A DNA stretch of 44,330 nucleotides from Thermoproteota archaeon. GTDB lineage: Archaea > Korarchaeota > JAOZGF01 > JAOZFZ01. A model generated the notes under the pieces. The model was given only the letters and a program-made list of their open reading frames with translations, was not told the origin of the DNA and did not search any database. Where the stretch lies: contig JAOZFL010000097.1 in NCBI GenBank assembly GCA_027491455.1, positions 1 through 44,330 of the forward strand, read 5' to 3'. Shown here piece after piece: positions 34,169 through 43,084 of the stretch. Positions within the stretch are counted from its first letter, which is position 1. Each line of letters begins with the position of its first letter. A program made the position numbers and the translations under genes.

Positions 34169-34858
34169 ATGTTTAAAATGACTTTAGAAGATGAAAAGTT
34201 TGATAAAAGAAAGAAAAGCATACTTCGCGAACTAGAAAAGGAAATTGAAAGAGAAAGCATTGACCACGACGTGTTACCCTTAATTCAAAGGGTAAATAGT
34301 CATCGAGACTTGGTAACAACTTCTTCATGTTCAGGTAGAATAATACTGATAATTGTTCCTCGGGAGGGAGGGAAAAAGAAGGATGCAGTGATTATTAAGA
34401 AATGGCATGAAATAACAAGTTTCCAAGAGATATGGAAAGAAATTAACCTGATCAATACGGAGAAAACTGTCTGGTTAATAACACAGCCATTAATTCTCCA
34501 TGTATTAACCAGAAACCTGGACACAGCGAAAAAGTTACTTTCTGCTTCAAGAAAAGCAGGGTTTAAGAAAGTAGGCATAATTAGTTTTTCAGAGAAAGTG
34601 ACGGTTCAAATAGAAGGACATCAAATAATTAATTTACCTGTAATGGATGAGGGAAAAATTCTGGTTGCTCCTGATTATCTTAGGAAAGTTGTTGATATAT
34701 GTAACATTAAACTTAAGGAAATAAAAGAATCCCTTAAAAGATTGGAGAAAGAAATAGGCTCACTAATCAATGAAAAACAACCATGGAATAAACGAGAAAA
34801 TAACAATTATCGACTTGTAAAGAAAACCATGAGTGTTACAATTAGAAAACAGCCTTAA
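34169..34858 (+). CDS. taw3: tRNA wyosine-derivative methyltransferase Taw3/TYW3
   Basis: Characteristic VTTSSCSGRI motif and ~200-aa core. Confidence 0.75.
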   Translation: MFKMTLEDEKFDKRKKSILRELEKEIERESIDHDVLPLIQRVNSHRDLVTTSSCSGRIILIIVPREGGKKKDAVIIKKWHEITSFQEIWKEINLINTEKTVWLITQPLILHVLTRNLDTAKKLLSASRKAGFKKVGIISFSEKVTVQIEGHQIINLPVMDEGKILVAPDYLRKVVDICNIKLKEIKESLKRLEKEIGSLINEKQPWNKRENNNYRLVKKTMSVTIRKQP

Positions 34859-34875
34859 ATTACTTTCTAACAATT

Positions 34876-36525
34876 TTACTCGCCATTTTTAATGACGCTC
34901 ACAAACTTAAAGTTCTTGGAGTCGAATAAACCTCTATCACTTATTTTTAAGTTTGGTATAACTAGAAGCGTCATGAAAGACAATGTTGAAAAGGGAGAGG
35001 GTAATTTGCATCCAATTTTTCTCGCATGATTTATTAAGTTCTTGTGTTTCTTCGCTACTACATGAGCAGGTTCCGTGCTCATTAACCCAGCAATTGACAA
35101 GGGAAGTACATGTGTTTGTTTTTCGTCATAAACGCATATCCCTCCTTGATGTTTAATCACTGTATTAACAGCTATTAAGAGGTTTTCGGGGGTTGTACCC
35201 ACAGCCACTATGTTATGGGAGTCATGGGCAACACTTGACGCCATTGCTCCTTTCTTCAAACCGAAGCCTTTCACGAACCCATTCGCCACGTTGCCATGCC
35301 CATATCGCTCAACAATTGATATGTGAAGCACATCTTGCTCTATATCTGCTTTTACAAATCCACCTACAACTTTAAGTGTTGCTTCAAACTCATTAGTTAA
35401 AAGTTCGGTTTCCATCACTTCAATTACCCTTACACGTTCAAAACTGTTTCTTGATTTAATGGATAGGTCAGATGCTCTTTTTTCTTTTACTCTAAACGTG
35501 CTCTCCAATTTTCGAGGCCTAACTCTGAACATTGTTTTTCCATTTACCACCACTTTCTTCCCATTCACCCATACATTTAGAACTTGAAATCCCTTCAAAT
35601 CCGTTACTTCAACGAAATCTGCAAGTTTACTTGGCGCAATAGCCCCACATGGTAACCCATAATGGGTGGCGGGATTTAGAGTTACCATTCTGATGGCTTC
35701 AACCGGATCAACTCCAAGTGAAACAGCTTTCCTTAATAAGTGGTCAACATGTCCTTTCAATAAATCTTCTGGTTGAAGGTCGTCTGAGACTAGAAAACAT
35801 CTTTCAGGTGTCTTTTTAGCTATTTCGATGAGGTTTTCCATGTTCTTGGCAGAGGCCCCCTCCCTTAACATTATTTTCATTCCTAACCGCTCCTTTTCTC
35901 TCGCCTCCGATTTAATTGTGCATTCGTGATCTGTTGAGACGCCTGCTTCGATGTATTTACATAAATCTTTCCCTGTTAGAAGGGGACAGTGCCCGTCAAC
36001 CGCTTTCCCCAGCCCTTTTGCGACTTCAATTTTTCTGAGCAACTCTTCATTTCCAGTGATAACCCCAGGAAAATTCATTACTTCAGCAAGCGCGACTACT
36101 CTTTCATCTTTAAGGAGTTCTTCGACCTCTCTAGCTCCCAGTTTCGCACCTGATGTTTCATATGGCGTTGCAGGAACACAGGAAGGCGCACAGAAAAAAA
36201 AGCGGAGAGGAGCCTTTGCTGCATCTTTAAACATATAATACACACCTTTGAGGCCAAGCACGTTTGCAATTTCATGAGGATCGGTGACGATGGCTGTGGT
36301 TCCGTGGCAGACCACAGCCTCTGCAAAGCGGGAAGGGCAAAGCATCGAACTCTCAACATGCACATGTGAATCTATGAAACCTGGAAGTAGAAACCCATTC
36401 AGCTCTTCCTCTATAGGTTCGACGCATTTAATAATCCCTTTTCTAAAAAATACCTTGGCAGGGTAAATTTCCTTAGTGAAGACATTTACGATGTTTCCTT
36501 TAACACAATTAATATTTGAAGACAT
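34876..36525 (-). CDS. ade: Adenine deaminase
   Basis: PGFIDSHVHVESSM, HGTTAIVTDPHEIANV, ~550 aa. Strong SD GGTGGGGTGG upstream of the ATG. Confidence 0.85.
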   Translation of the reverse strand: MSSNINCVKGNIVNVFTKEIYPAKVFFRKGIIKCVEPIEEELNGFLLPGFIDSHVHVESSMLCPSRFAEAVVCHGTTAIVTDPHEIANVLGLKGVYYMFKDAAKAPLRFFFCAPSCVPATPYETSGAKLGAREVEELLKDERVVALAEVMNFPGVITGNEELLRKIEVAKGLGKAVDGHCPLLTGKDLCKYIEAGVSTDHECTIKSEAREKERLGMKIMLREGASAKNMENLIEIAKKTPERCFLVSDDLQPEDLLKGHVDHLLRKAVSLGVDPVEAIRMVTLNPATHYGLPCGAIAPSKLADFVEVTDLKGFQVLNVWVNGKKVVVNGKTMFRVRPRKLESTFRVKEKRASDLSIKSRNSFERVRVIEVMETELLTNEFEATLKVVGGFVKADIEQDVLHISIVERYGHGNVANGFVKGFGLKKGAMASSVAHDSHNIVAVGTTPENLLIAVNTVIKHQGGICVYDEKQTHVLPLSIAGLMSTEPAHVVAKKHKNLINHARKIGCKLPSPFSTLSFMTLLVIPNLKISDRGLFDSKNFKFVSVIKNGE

Positions 36526-36990
36526 TTATCTTTCCACCCCACCTTTGAAAATGAAAAACTAAGAACTTATCTATTTTTGTCTTCTAAAACCCTGTTATTT
36601 ATTTTTGGTGACTTAGGGGATTAGGCCCTTTTCACTTACCCTTCTAAAAAGATAGACTATTTTAAAACTGAAAAACACTGCAATCATTTAATTTTTCTCG
36701 ACAATTGAGAAAAAGACTTCTGTGTCTCAACAATTGCCTTCTAGGCTTCCTGGGTTTAGTGGGCTTCTAATCTGATAATTTTAGGCAAATGACACTGAAA
36801 TTAACATGATCGTTTGCTTTGTTTACCGTACTTGATCTGCTTTGAAACATTGAAGACCTGTGAAATAGATTACTCATAACAAACCAGTGAAAACATTGAG
36901 GTCAACTGTTGACATAAACAGGACAGAGACAAGAAAAACATATTAAACGATGAGAAACATCAAAAACTATTTTTCTATGGCTCTAAATCT

Positions 36991-37854
36991 TCATTTAGAT
37001 AAACCATTATTTCTAGTTTCCTCAGCTATTTGTTTCGAGGCTTCCATGTACCTGTTGATTGGTATCTCGAAGGACCTTTTCTGGCTGAGAAATTCTTCTT
37101 CAAGGACTTTCAGGACCCTTTCAGTGGGGATGCCTGCTTTTCTAAATGTTTCACTGTGTATTTTAACAGCGTTACATATTTTTTTATTTCTATGCTTAAA
37201 AACGGAGTTTATAATTAAATCAAATATTTTCTGTTCAAAATTGTTTAAAGGAACCTGTCTGGGCACTAACCTGACCATCACAGAGTCGACTTTAGGGGGA
37301 GGCCAGAAAAAGGTTTTGGGGACAAATCGAATAACATCGATATCGGCCTTTAATTGAGCATGTATTGATAGCCTACCATAATTTTTTGTTCCAGGCTTTG
37401 CCACTAACCTCTCGCCGAATTCTTTCTGTAGAGTTAATACTGACACCTTAAATTCATATTTTAAGATATGGAAGATAAGCTTTGATGAAAGGTGATATGG
37501 CATGTTTGACAGTATTTTGCATTCATGCGGGAAGCTGTAATCCAAGGCATCAATGTTTAAAAACTCAACATTGCTAAACTCCATAAATCTTTCCTTCAAA
37601 ATCCTGAAGAGCCTCCTATCTTTCTCAATTAAAGTTGATTTACCGGATCTTCTAATTATTTCAAGGGACAAATTACCGGTTCCAGCGCCAATTTCCACAG
37701 TATGGTCGTCTGGTCCTAGATCAGCTGCTGCAACCATCTGTTTGATTGTTAATGGTTCAACCATAAAGTGTTGAGATAATTTTTTTAGGGGTTTAATTCC
37801 ATGTTCAAACAAAGTCTTTTTTGTGTATTTTAACATTTTTTCTTTATTTTCCAT
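36991..37854 (-). CDS. ksgA: 16S rRNA (adenine-N6,N6)-dimethyltransferase KsgA/RsmA/Dim1
   Basis: SAM motif EIGAGTGNLS and NMPYHLSS motif. Confidence 0.9.
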   Translation of the reverse strand: MENKEKMLKYTKKTLFEHGIKPLKKLSQHFMVEPLTIKQMVAAADLGPDDHTVEIGAGTGNLSLEIIRRSGKSTLIEKDRRLFRILKERFMEFSNVEFLNIDALDYSFPHECKILSNMPYHLSSKLIFHILKYEFKVSVLTLQKEFGERLVAKPGTKNYGRLSIHAQLKADIDVIRFVPKTFFWPPPKVDSVMVRLVPRQVPLNNFEQKIFDLIINSVFKHRNKKICNAVKIHSETFRKAGIPTERVLKVLEEEFLSQKRSFEIPINRYMEASKQIAEETRNNGLSK

Positions 37855-37863
37855 TTGTTCCCT

Positions 37864-38466
37864 CTAGCTCCAAGGCGCATGTTTTGGTTTAAACACAAAT
37901 AAGTAATACTTCGAATCTCCTTTAAGTTCCTCTAATATCCTTTTGATTACCGCCTTCTCAGGGTTTTTAAGCCTTGTCCTAGTGGATATGTCGCTAAAGC
38001 TGGCATAAGGTTTTATCTTTTTTTCCTCAAGAATGTTCCACATTAATTTCTTACCTACACCCGGAAGGAGTTCAAGTTCATTCAGTCTTTTGGTTATGGG
38101 TTTAGCTTCATTAAAAAAGTTAACGAACCTTTCTTCTTGATCTTTAACTATCTTCTCCACTATTAATGGGAGTTGATATTTTGCTTGGCTTGTAAGCCTT
38201 TCAAAATCTATTATGCCCTTAACATATTTAATTTTAGATCTAAACCCTTTACCAATAAATAGTTTCTCCCCTGGCTCAATTGGAACCTCTTCCAAAGCAA
38301 CTAATTCCAGTAAAAGAAAGTACTTTTCACCTAATACCTGAACTAATGGATGAGGTCTCCTAGGTTTTCCAAAATCTTCCGGATGCCCTTGGGGTAAATA
38401 ATCAAGGGTATATGCATAATTTTCATAGAGTTTTTTGTCAAGCTTCCTTTCCATATGTTTTCCCAA
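37864..38466 (-). CDS. DUF655 (COG1491) OB-fold/HhH nucleic-acid-binding protein
   Basis: YAYTLDYLPQGHP N-terminus and the HhH-like LELLPGVGKKLMWNILEE. It sits in the conserved position between rpoF and ksgA. Confidence 0.6.
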   Translation of the reverse strand: MGKHMERKLDKKLYENYAYTLDYLPQGHPEDFGKPRRPHPLVQVLGEKYFLLLELVALEEVPIEPGEKLFIGKGFRSKIKYVKGIIDFERLTSQAKYQLPLIVEKIVKDQEERFVNFFNEAKPITKRLNELELLPGVGKKLMWNILEEKKIKPYASFSDISTRTRLKNPEKAVIKRILEELKGDSKYYLFVFKPKHAPWS

Positions 38467-38468
38467 AA

Positions 38469-38804
38469 TTATTCATTTGCTTTCAGATTCTCAGATAAAA
38501 TCTTTAAAATCTTTTCTAGTTTCTCTTCATCAGCTACTAACTCTGTTTTTTGGATTATTGAGATAAGCTCTGTTTTCGTAGAGGGGTTACAATTGACAAT
38601 CTGGACAGAAAGCCGCCTGGGTAAGTTAAATTCTTTAACCAAGGTTTCCACTATTTTCTCAGACACTTTGGGATCAAATGATGAAAAAACGTTACAGTAT
38701 TCAAGAGCCAACTTCTGAAAGTGTTTAAGTTCAGCTGAATCCACTATTGAAAGGATCTTTTTAACTTTGTCAATCGTTATCTCCTTTTCCTCAATTATTT
38801 CCAA
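38469..38804 (-). CDS. rpoF: DNA-directed RNA polymerase subunit Rpo4 (RpoF)
   Basis: ~110-aa helical Rpb4-like protein in the conserved L21e-RpoF-DUF655-KsgA cluster. Confidence 0.7.
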   Translation of the reverse strand: MEIIEEKEITIDKVKKILSIVDSAELKHFQKLALEYCNVFSSFDPKVSEKIVETLVKEFNLPRRLSVQIVNCNPSTKTELISIIQKTELVADEEKLEKILKILSENLKANE

Positions 38805-38825
38805 AGCACATCTCCTCAGGAAGGT

Positions 38826-39119
38826 CTAGACAAAGGGCTTCAAATGTTCCGACTTGGCTATAACAATTTTTTCCTTGCCTCCATCTTTCACCTTAAGCAG
38901 ATAAGATTGCCCTCTCTTACCGATTATTAGGCCAACCTTTCCATGGAAACGTGGATGAGGCATTCCTTTATGTACTGAAGGATCTATTATTATTACTGCT
39001 TTGTCGTCTCTGTCATATCTTATCAGGAGCCTTGTGGATGGAAACAAGCCTTTCTCTCTAACCTTTTTCTTCAATTTATTTCTAGTTTTCCTTCTGGGAC
39101 CATGACTTTTCTTACCCAT
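38826..39119 (-). CDS. rpl21e: Ribosomal protein eL21
   Basis: MGKKSHGPRRKTRNKL... and GMPHPRFHGKVG motifs. ATG 39119 is preceded by GGAGGGGAG. The listed start 39164 lies inside pus10 and adds a non-conserved extension. Confidence 0.85.
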   Translation of the reverse strand: MGKKSHGPRRKTRNKLKKKVREKGLFPSTRLLIRYDRDDKAVIIIDPSVHKGMPHPRFHGKVGLIIGKRGQSYLLKVKDGGKEKIVIAKSEHLKPFV

Positions 39120-40287
39120 GACTCTCCCCTCCAAATAAACCTGGATCAGATACATGTATAACATCTAGTTCTCTACAAATGGCTTTAAGACCTAAAACCC
39201 CACCAACGCTGGGACTTGTACGACCTTCGTCTCCACTAATCAACTCCTTTATATAAAGGCCTCCATCGCATTTAATAATTAACCTTATTTCCTCACCTGA
39301 AATCTTCTTAGCGTTTAATTCATAGACTTTTTTAATCCTAACTCGATCAGGCCTTCTACCAAGAACCCTGAGAGGTGTCCTCTGATGTATAATTCTGTTT
39401 CTAAACTCATCTTCCAGCTTTTTAAGGTCTTCTTCTTTTATTTCATGCTTTATTTGAACTTTAGCTAAGTAAGTCTTCTTCATTTTCGGTGATAGAGCCT
39501 TTAACATTTGAACTTCGCTTTTAGACGAGAAATCAAAACCAATAACTTTTACTTTTCCCTTTCCATTGGAGTTAACAAGGAGTTCAGCTTCCTTTAAATC
39601 AATAAATCTTCTCTTAGGATCAATAAGTTCGATTACAAAGGGCCTGCCGTTACCAAGCATTCTAACGTCTATGTCTTCTCTCCCCATGCCATGAAACTTA
39701 GCTTTCGCTGCCATCGTAAGTCTAATCAGTGGTTTGCGTATCAACTCTTCCAAGGAGTAGCCTGGTTTTTCTCCAGTATTTCTTAACCTATAGCGGTACC
39801 CTTCTGATTGGGAAACCCCTCTTTTCAGTTTTAAGTATCTGCCTTTGATGAAGAGGGAAACCCCTTCAACCTTTACCTTTCCCTTTTCATAATCAAATAA
39901 CACCTTGACGTCAAATTTACTTTGGTTATTCTTTAAGCCTGTTTTCTCTACTATTTTCCTGGCGCTTTCATTGTTTAAGGCTGATTTCAAGTTTACCCTA
40001 GGGTAAATGTTAAATCTTGAAATAAATTCTTCTTCCCTGAAAATCGATTTTCTTGGCAGTTTAGAGCTTACAGAAAAGGTTTTAGCTTCATACCTATTTA
40101 TTTTAACGATAGCTTCATCTACAAGTTTGTCAAGCATAGAAAAGGCGCTTAAACAAAAATAACATTTTTTGGACTTATCAATAAGGATTTTTGATTTAAC
40201 GTTTACATTTGATTCGCCTAAATATCTATCAGCGCAATAACTACAAATTTTGTTTTTAACTAGAAAAAATAGATGTTCAGATACCAC
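39112..40287 (-). CDS. pus10: tRNA pseudouridine(54/55) synthase Pus10
   Basis: N-terminal Zn-binding CSYC...CYFC, THUMP-like region, and IHQRTPLRVLGRRPDRVR catalytic-domain motif. Confidence 0.8.
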   Translation of the reverse strand: MVSEHLFFLVKNKICSYCADRYLGESNVNVKSKILIDKSKKCYFCLSAFSMLDKLVDEAIVKINRYEAKTFSVSSKLPRKSIFREEEFISRFNIYPRVNLKSALNNESARKIVEKTGLKNNQSKFDVKVLFDYEKGKVKVEGVSLFIKGRYLKLKRGVSQSEGYRYRLRNTGEKPGYSLEELIRKPLIRLTMAAKAKFHGMGREDIDVRMLGNGRPFVIELIDPKRRFIDLKEAELLVNSNGKGKVKVIGFDFSSKSEVQMLKALSPKMKKTYLAKVQIKHEIKEEDLKKLEDEFRNRIIHQRTPLRVLGRRPDRVRIKKVYELNAKKISGEEIRLIIKCDGGLYIKELISGDEGRTSPSVGGVLGLKAICRELDVIHVSDPGLFGGESHG

Positions 40288-40310
40288 CGCTACTTTTCTC
40301 CTTTTACAGT

Positions 40311-41645
40311 TTACATCCTTAAGCTCAAGGGCTCTATTCCTAGTTTGGCTTTTCTAGTCTTTTTTTGTTTAAGTAAAGTTCTCATCATTTTTTTCATTTG
40401 TTTATAATACTTTAAAAGCGCCCTTACATCTTTAGGTGTTGTTCCAGACCCAAAGGCGATCCTCTTAATTCTAGATTTATTGATTATCTCCGGGTACTCA
40501 AGTTCTTTCTTAGTCATCGACCTCAATATAGCTCTCCATTTACTTATGTTTTCTTGGACTTCCACTTCTGCTTCTATTGGAAGAGAGTACTTCAATCCAG
40601 GTATGTAATCTATTATTTTTTTGAAAGGACCGAGTTTTTCCATGGCTTCTAACTGGCTCATTAAATCATAGAGGGTTATTTTCCCTTTCATCATTCTTTC
40701 AGTTATGTCTCTGTTAGGCTTCACTTGGAGTTGCTCAATTTTCCTAATTAACCCTTTTATGTCCCCCATACCCAATAAACGTGAAACAAAACCTTCAGGG
40801 TTAAATTCTTCTATTTCAGTAATCTTTTCCCCTGTACCTATGAAGACAATTGGAGCATTCGTGGCTGCAGCTGCTGACAAAGCACCTCCTCCCTTAGCTG
40901 TACCGTCAAGCTTTGTCAAGAATATGTACCCTATATTGGTTGCCTCTTTGAAGGCTTTAGCTTGGGTAAAGGCCTGTTGGCCTATCGTTGCATCGATAAC
41001 CAGTATTATGGCGTTTGGTTTGATTTTTTGAGACATTTCAGTCATTTCCTTAAAGAGCTTATCTTCCTTCCTATGTCTACCAGCTGTATCAATAAGAATT
41101 GGGTCAAAGCGTTTCGACCTAAAATATTTAACTCCGTTTAAGGCAATCTTCACAGGGTCCCTTAATTTTTCATCCCAGTAAACCTCAACATTTATTTCAT
41201 CAGCTAACTGTTTAAGTTGTTCGTAGGCTCCTGGTCTAAAAACATCTGCACATATTACAGCTGGTTTCTTTCCTTTTCTCTTAAAGTAATAGGCTGTTTT
41301 AACTACCGATGTTGTCTTTCCAGATCCCTGTATACCTACGAACATCAATGTTCCTCTATCAACTGCTTTATCAATCTTATTTCCTCCCAGCAACCTCACA
41401 AGTTCATTGTAAATAATTGAAATGGTGTAGGTTTTTCTGTTTATTGCCTTTGGGAGTCCCTTCTGCAAAACTTTTTCTTTTATATTCTTCGACAGAGAGA
41501 AAACCAGTTCAACATCTACATCTGCATGGATCAAGGCTCTCTGTATATCTCTTAGAACTTCGTTAACTACTTCCTCATCCACAGATGGTTTTCTCAGCAT
41601 CTTTTTAACAGCCATGTTTAACTGCTTACCGAGTGCTTCCAGCAT
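40311..41645 (-). CDS. srp54: Signal recognition particle protein SRP54
   Basis: GIQGSGKTT, DTAGRH, TKLDGTAKGGGALSA and a Met-rich M domain. Confidence 0.95.
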   Translation of the reverse strand: MLEALGKQLNMAVKKMLRKPSVDEEVVNEVLRDIQRALIHADVDVELVFSLSKNIKEKVLQKGLPKAINRKTYTISIIYNELVRLLGGNKIDKAVDRGTLMFVGIQGSGKTTSVVKTAYYFKRKGKKPAVICADVFRPGAYEQLKQLADEINVEVYWDEKLRDPVKIALNGVKYFRSKRFDPILIDTAGRHRKEDKLFKEMTEMSQKIKPNAIILVIDATIGQQAFTQAKAFKEATNIGYIFLTKLDGTAKGGGALSAAAATNAPIVFIGTGEKITEIEEFNPEGFVSRLLGMGDIKGLIRKIEQLQVKPNRDITERMMKGKITLYDLMSQLEAMEKLGPFKKIIDYIPGLKYSLPIEAEVEVQENISKWRAILRSMTKKELEYPEIINKSRIKRIAFGSGTTPKDVRALLKYYKQMKKMMRTLLKQKKTRKAKLGIEPLSLRM

Positions 41646-41660
41646 ACTGAAAAACCCTTT

Positions 41661-42059
41661 TCATTTAACACGAACTATCTTACGATAACCTAGGGAGGAC
41701 CAGACCTCAACCTCTTTACCTGTCTCAAGCTGAGACTTTATCTCCTCATCTTCAGGGGTAGGCACCTCAAAAACTTCATAGGTTTCTAGGTCCATGAGTT
41801 GAATAAAGTCTCCGGGTAAGGATATCACTTGACAGCTCCTTTTATTTATAATTGGGGCCTCAATCATTGCGTCGACGGGGCTAACTATACTTCTTCTTTT
41901 ATTTGTGAAAACACCTATAGCAGTTATCCTAGCTTTTGCAGAGCCATGTTTACCTGGTTTTGATTTCTCAATTGAGAGTATTCTACTAGGTTCTCCGTCT
42001 ATGACTATGTAATACCCCTTTTTCAGTTTTCCTATCTCTACAGGTTTAATTTCACTCAT
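41661..42059 (-). CDS. eif5a: Translation initiation factor 5A (aIF5A)
   Basis: Hypusination loop SKPGKHGSAKARI and ~130 aa. Confidence 0.92.
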   Translation of the reverse strand: MSEIKPVEIGKLKKGYYIVIDGEPSRILSIEKSKPGKHGSAKARITAIGVFTNKRRSIVSPVDAMIEAPIINKRSCQVISLPGDFIQLMDLETYEVFEVPTPEDEEIKSQLETGKEVEVWSSLGYRKIVRVK

Positions 42060-42217
42060 TTATGATCACATCTTTCAAATATTTTAAATTACAAAGATAC
42101 ACCATAAAATTTGGTCTAAGTTAAACATTAATTCAAAGACATCCTTCTGATGATTATTTATTTTGCTTAACCTTTAAAACTTTACATAGAAGAAATTGCC
42201 ATAAGAAGGTAAAGGGG

Positions 42218-43084
42218 ATGCTAGAAAAAGTTTTTATAGTTTCCAGAATAGATAAAAAAGAAGCCTTAGAAGCCCTAAAAACTGTGATAAACATTCTAGA
42301 AAAGAAAAGAAGCAACTTCCTTGTTGAGAGTAATGCAGCCGAAAAAATATGTATAAGCCATGTTGGTGTCCCTATTTCAAAGCTGCCTGAGATAAAACCT
42401 ACCCTTATAATAGTTATAGGAGGAGATGGAACAATTTTAAGGCTTCATAGCCAAGTTAAAGGCGATCTACCACCAATCTTGCCAGTAAGGGTAGCAACTT
42501 TTGGTTTTCTCAGTGAATTAGAGCCATTTAATGTAGAACAAGCCATTAGATCCATAGAAGAAGGTAAATTTTACCTTGAAAGAAGACAGAAACTGAGAGT
42601 CGATGTGAAGGGAAGGGAAACAGATATTGTAAATGAACTAGCAATGCTAAGTGAAACAGGTAAAGCCGCTCACTTAAAAATCATGGTTAACGGATCAGTT
42701 CTCGTTAAAGGCTCCATGGATGGATGTTTAGTGGCTACGCCTACAGGTACTTTGGCCTATAACTTGAGTACAGGAGGCCCTGTTGCAGACCCAGAACTAA
42801 GCTTAATGACTATCACCCTAATAAATCCATGGCCATTTTCCCTTTCCATACCCATTAAATTCTTTATCTTACCATTAACTAAAATCATTAAAGCAATTAA
42901 TGAAGGATCAAGGGAAATATCTCTGTTCATTGACGGAGTCCAGCAGGATAAAATCGGTCCAGGTGAGGCTTTAGTGGTCAGTAAAGCTGAATCCGAGATA
43001 ACATTTGTAAGGTTAAGCAAAAATTTTTTCTATGAGAGGCTTCAGAATTGGGAGAAGAAGAAACAAGGAAGATATATGTTTTAG
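42218..43084 (+). CDS. nadK: NAD kinase
   Basis: GGDGTILR, NE and ATPTGTLAYNLSTGGP motifs. Confidence 0.85.
   Translation: MLEKVFIVSRIDKKEALEALKTVINILEKKRSNFLVESNAAEKICISHVGVPISKLPEIKPTLIIVIGGDGTILRLHSQVKGDLPPILPVRVATFGFLSELEPFNVEQAIRSIEEGKFYLERRQKLRVDVKGRETDIVNELAMLSETGKAAHLKIMVNGSVLVKGSMDGCLVATPTGTLAYNLSTGGPVADPELSLMTITLINPWPFSLSIPIKFFILPLTKIIKAINEGSREISLFIDGVQQDKIGPGEALVVSKAESEITFVRLSKNFFYERLQNWEKKKQGRYMF

Noticed and set aside
39120-39164. N-terminal 15-aa extension of eL21 (listed start 39164)
   Set aside because: The extension lies inside pus10 and is not eL21-like. ATG 39119 has a GGAGG SD and gives the canonical MGKKSHGPRRKTR N-terminus.
42147-42153. ctgatga and a few other UGAUGA-like strings in spacers (for example near 13494 and 2540-2560 on the minus strand), examined as C/D-box sRNA candidates
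   Set aside because: No properly spaced C/D'/C'/D (RUGAUGA...CUGA) quartet or terminal stem could be assembled around any of them.
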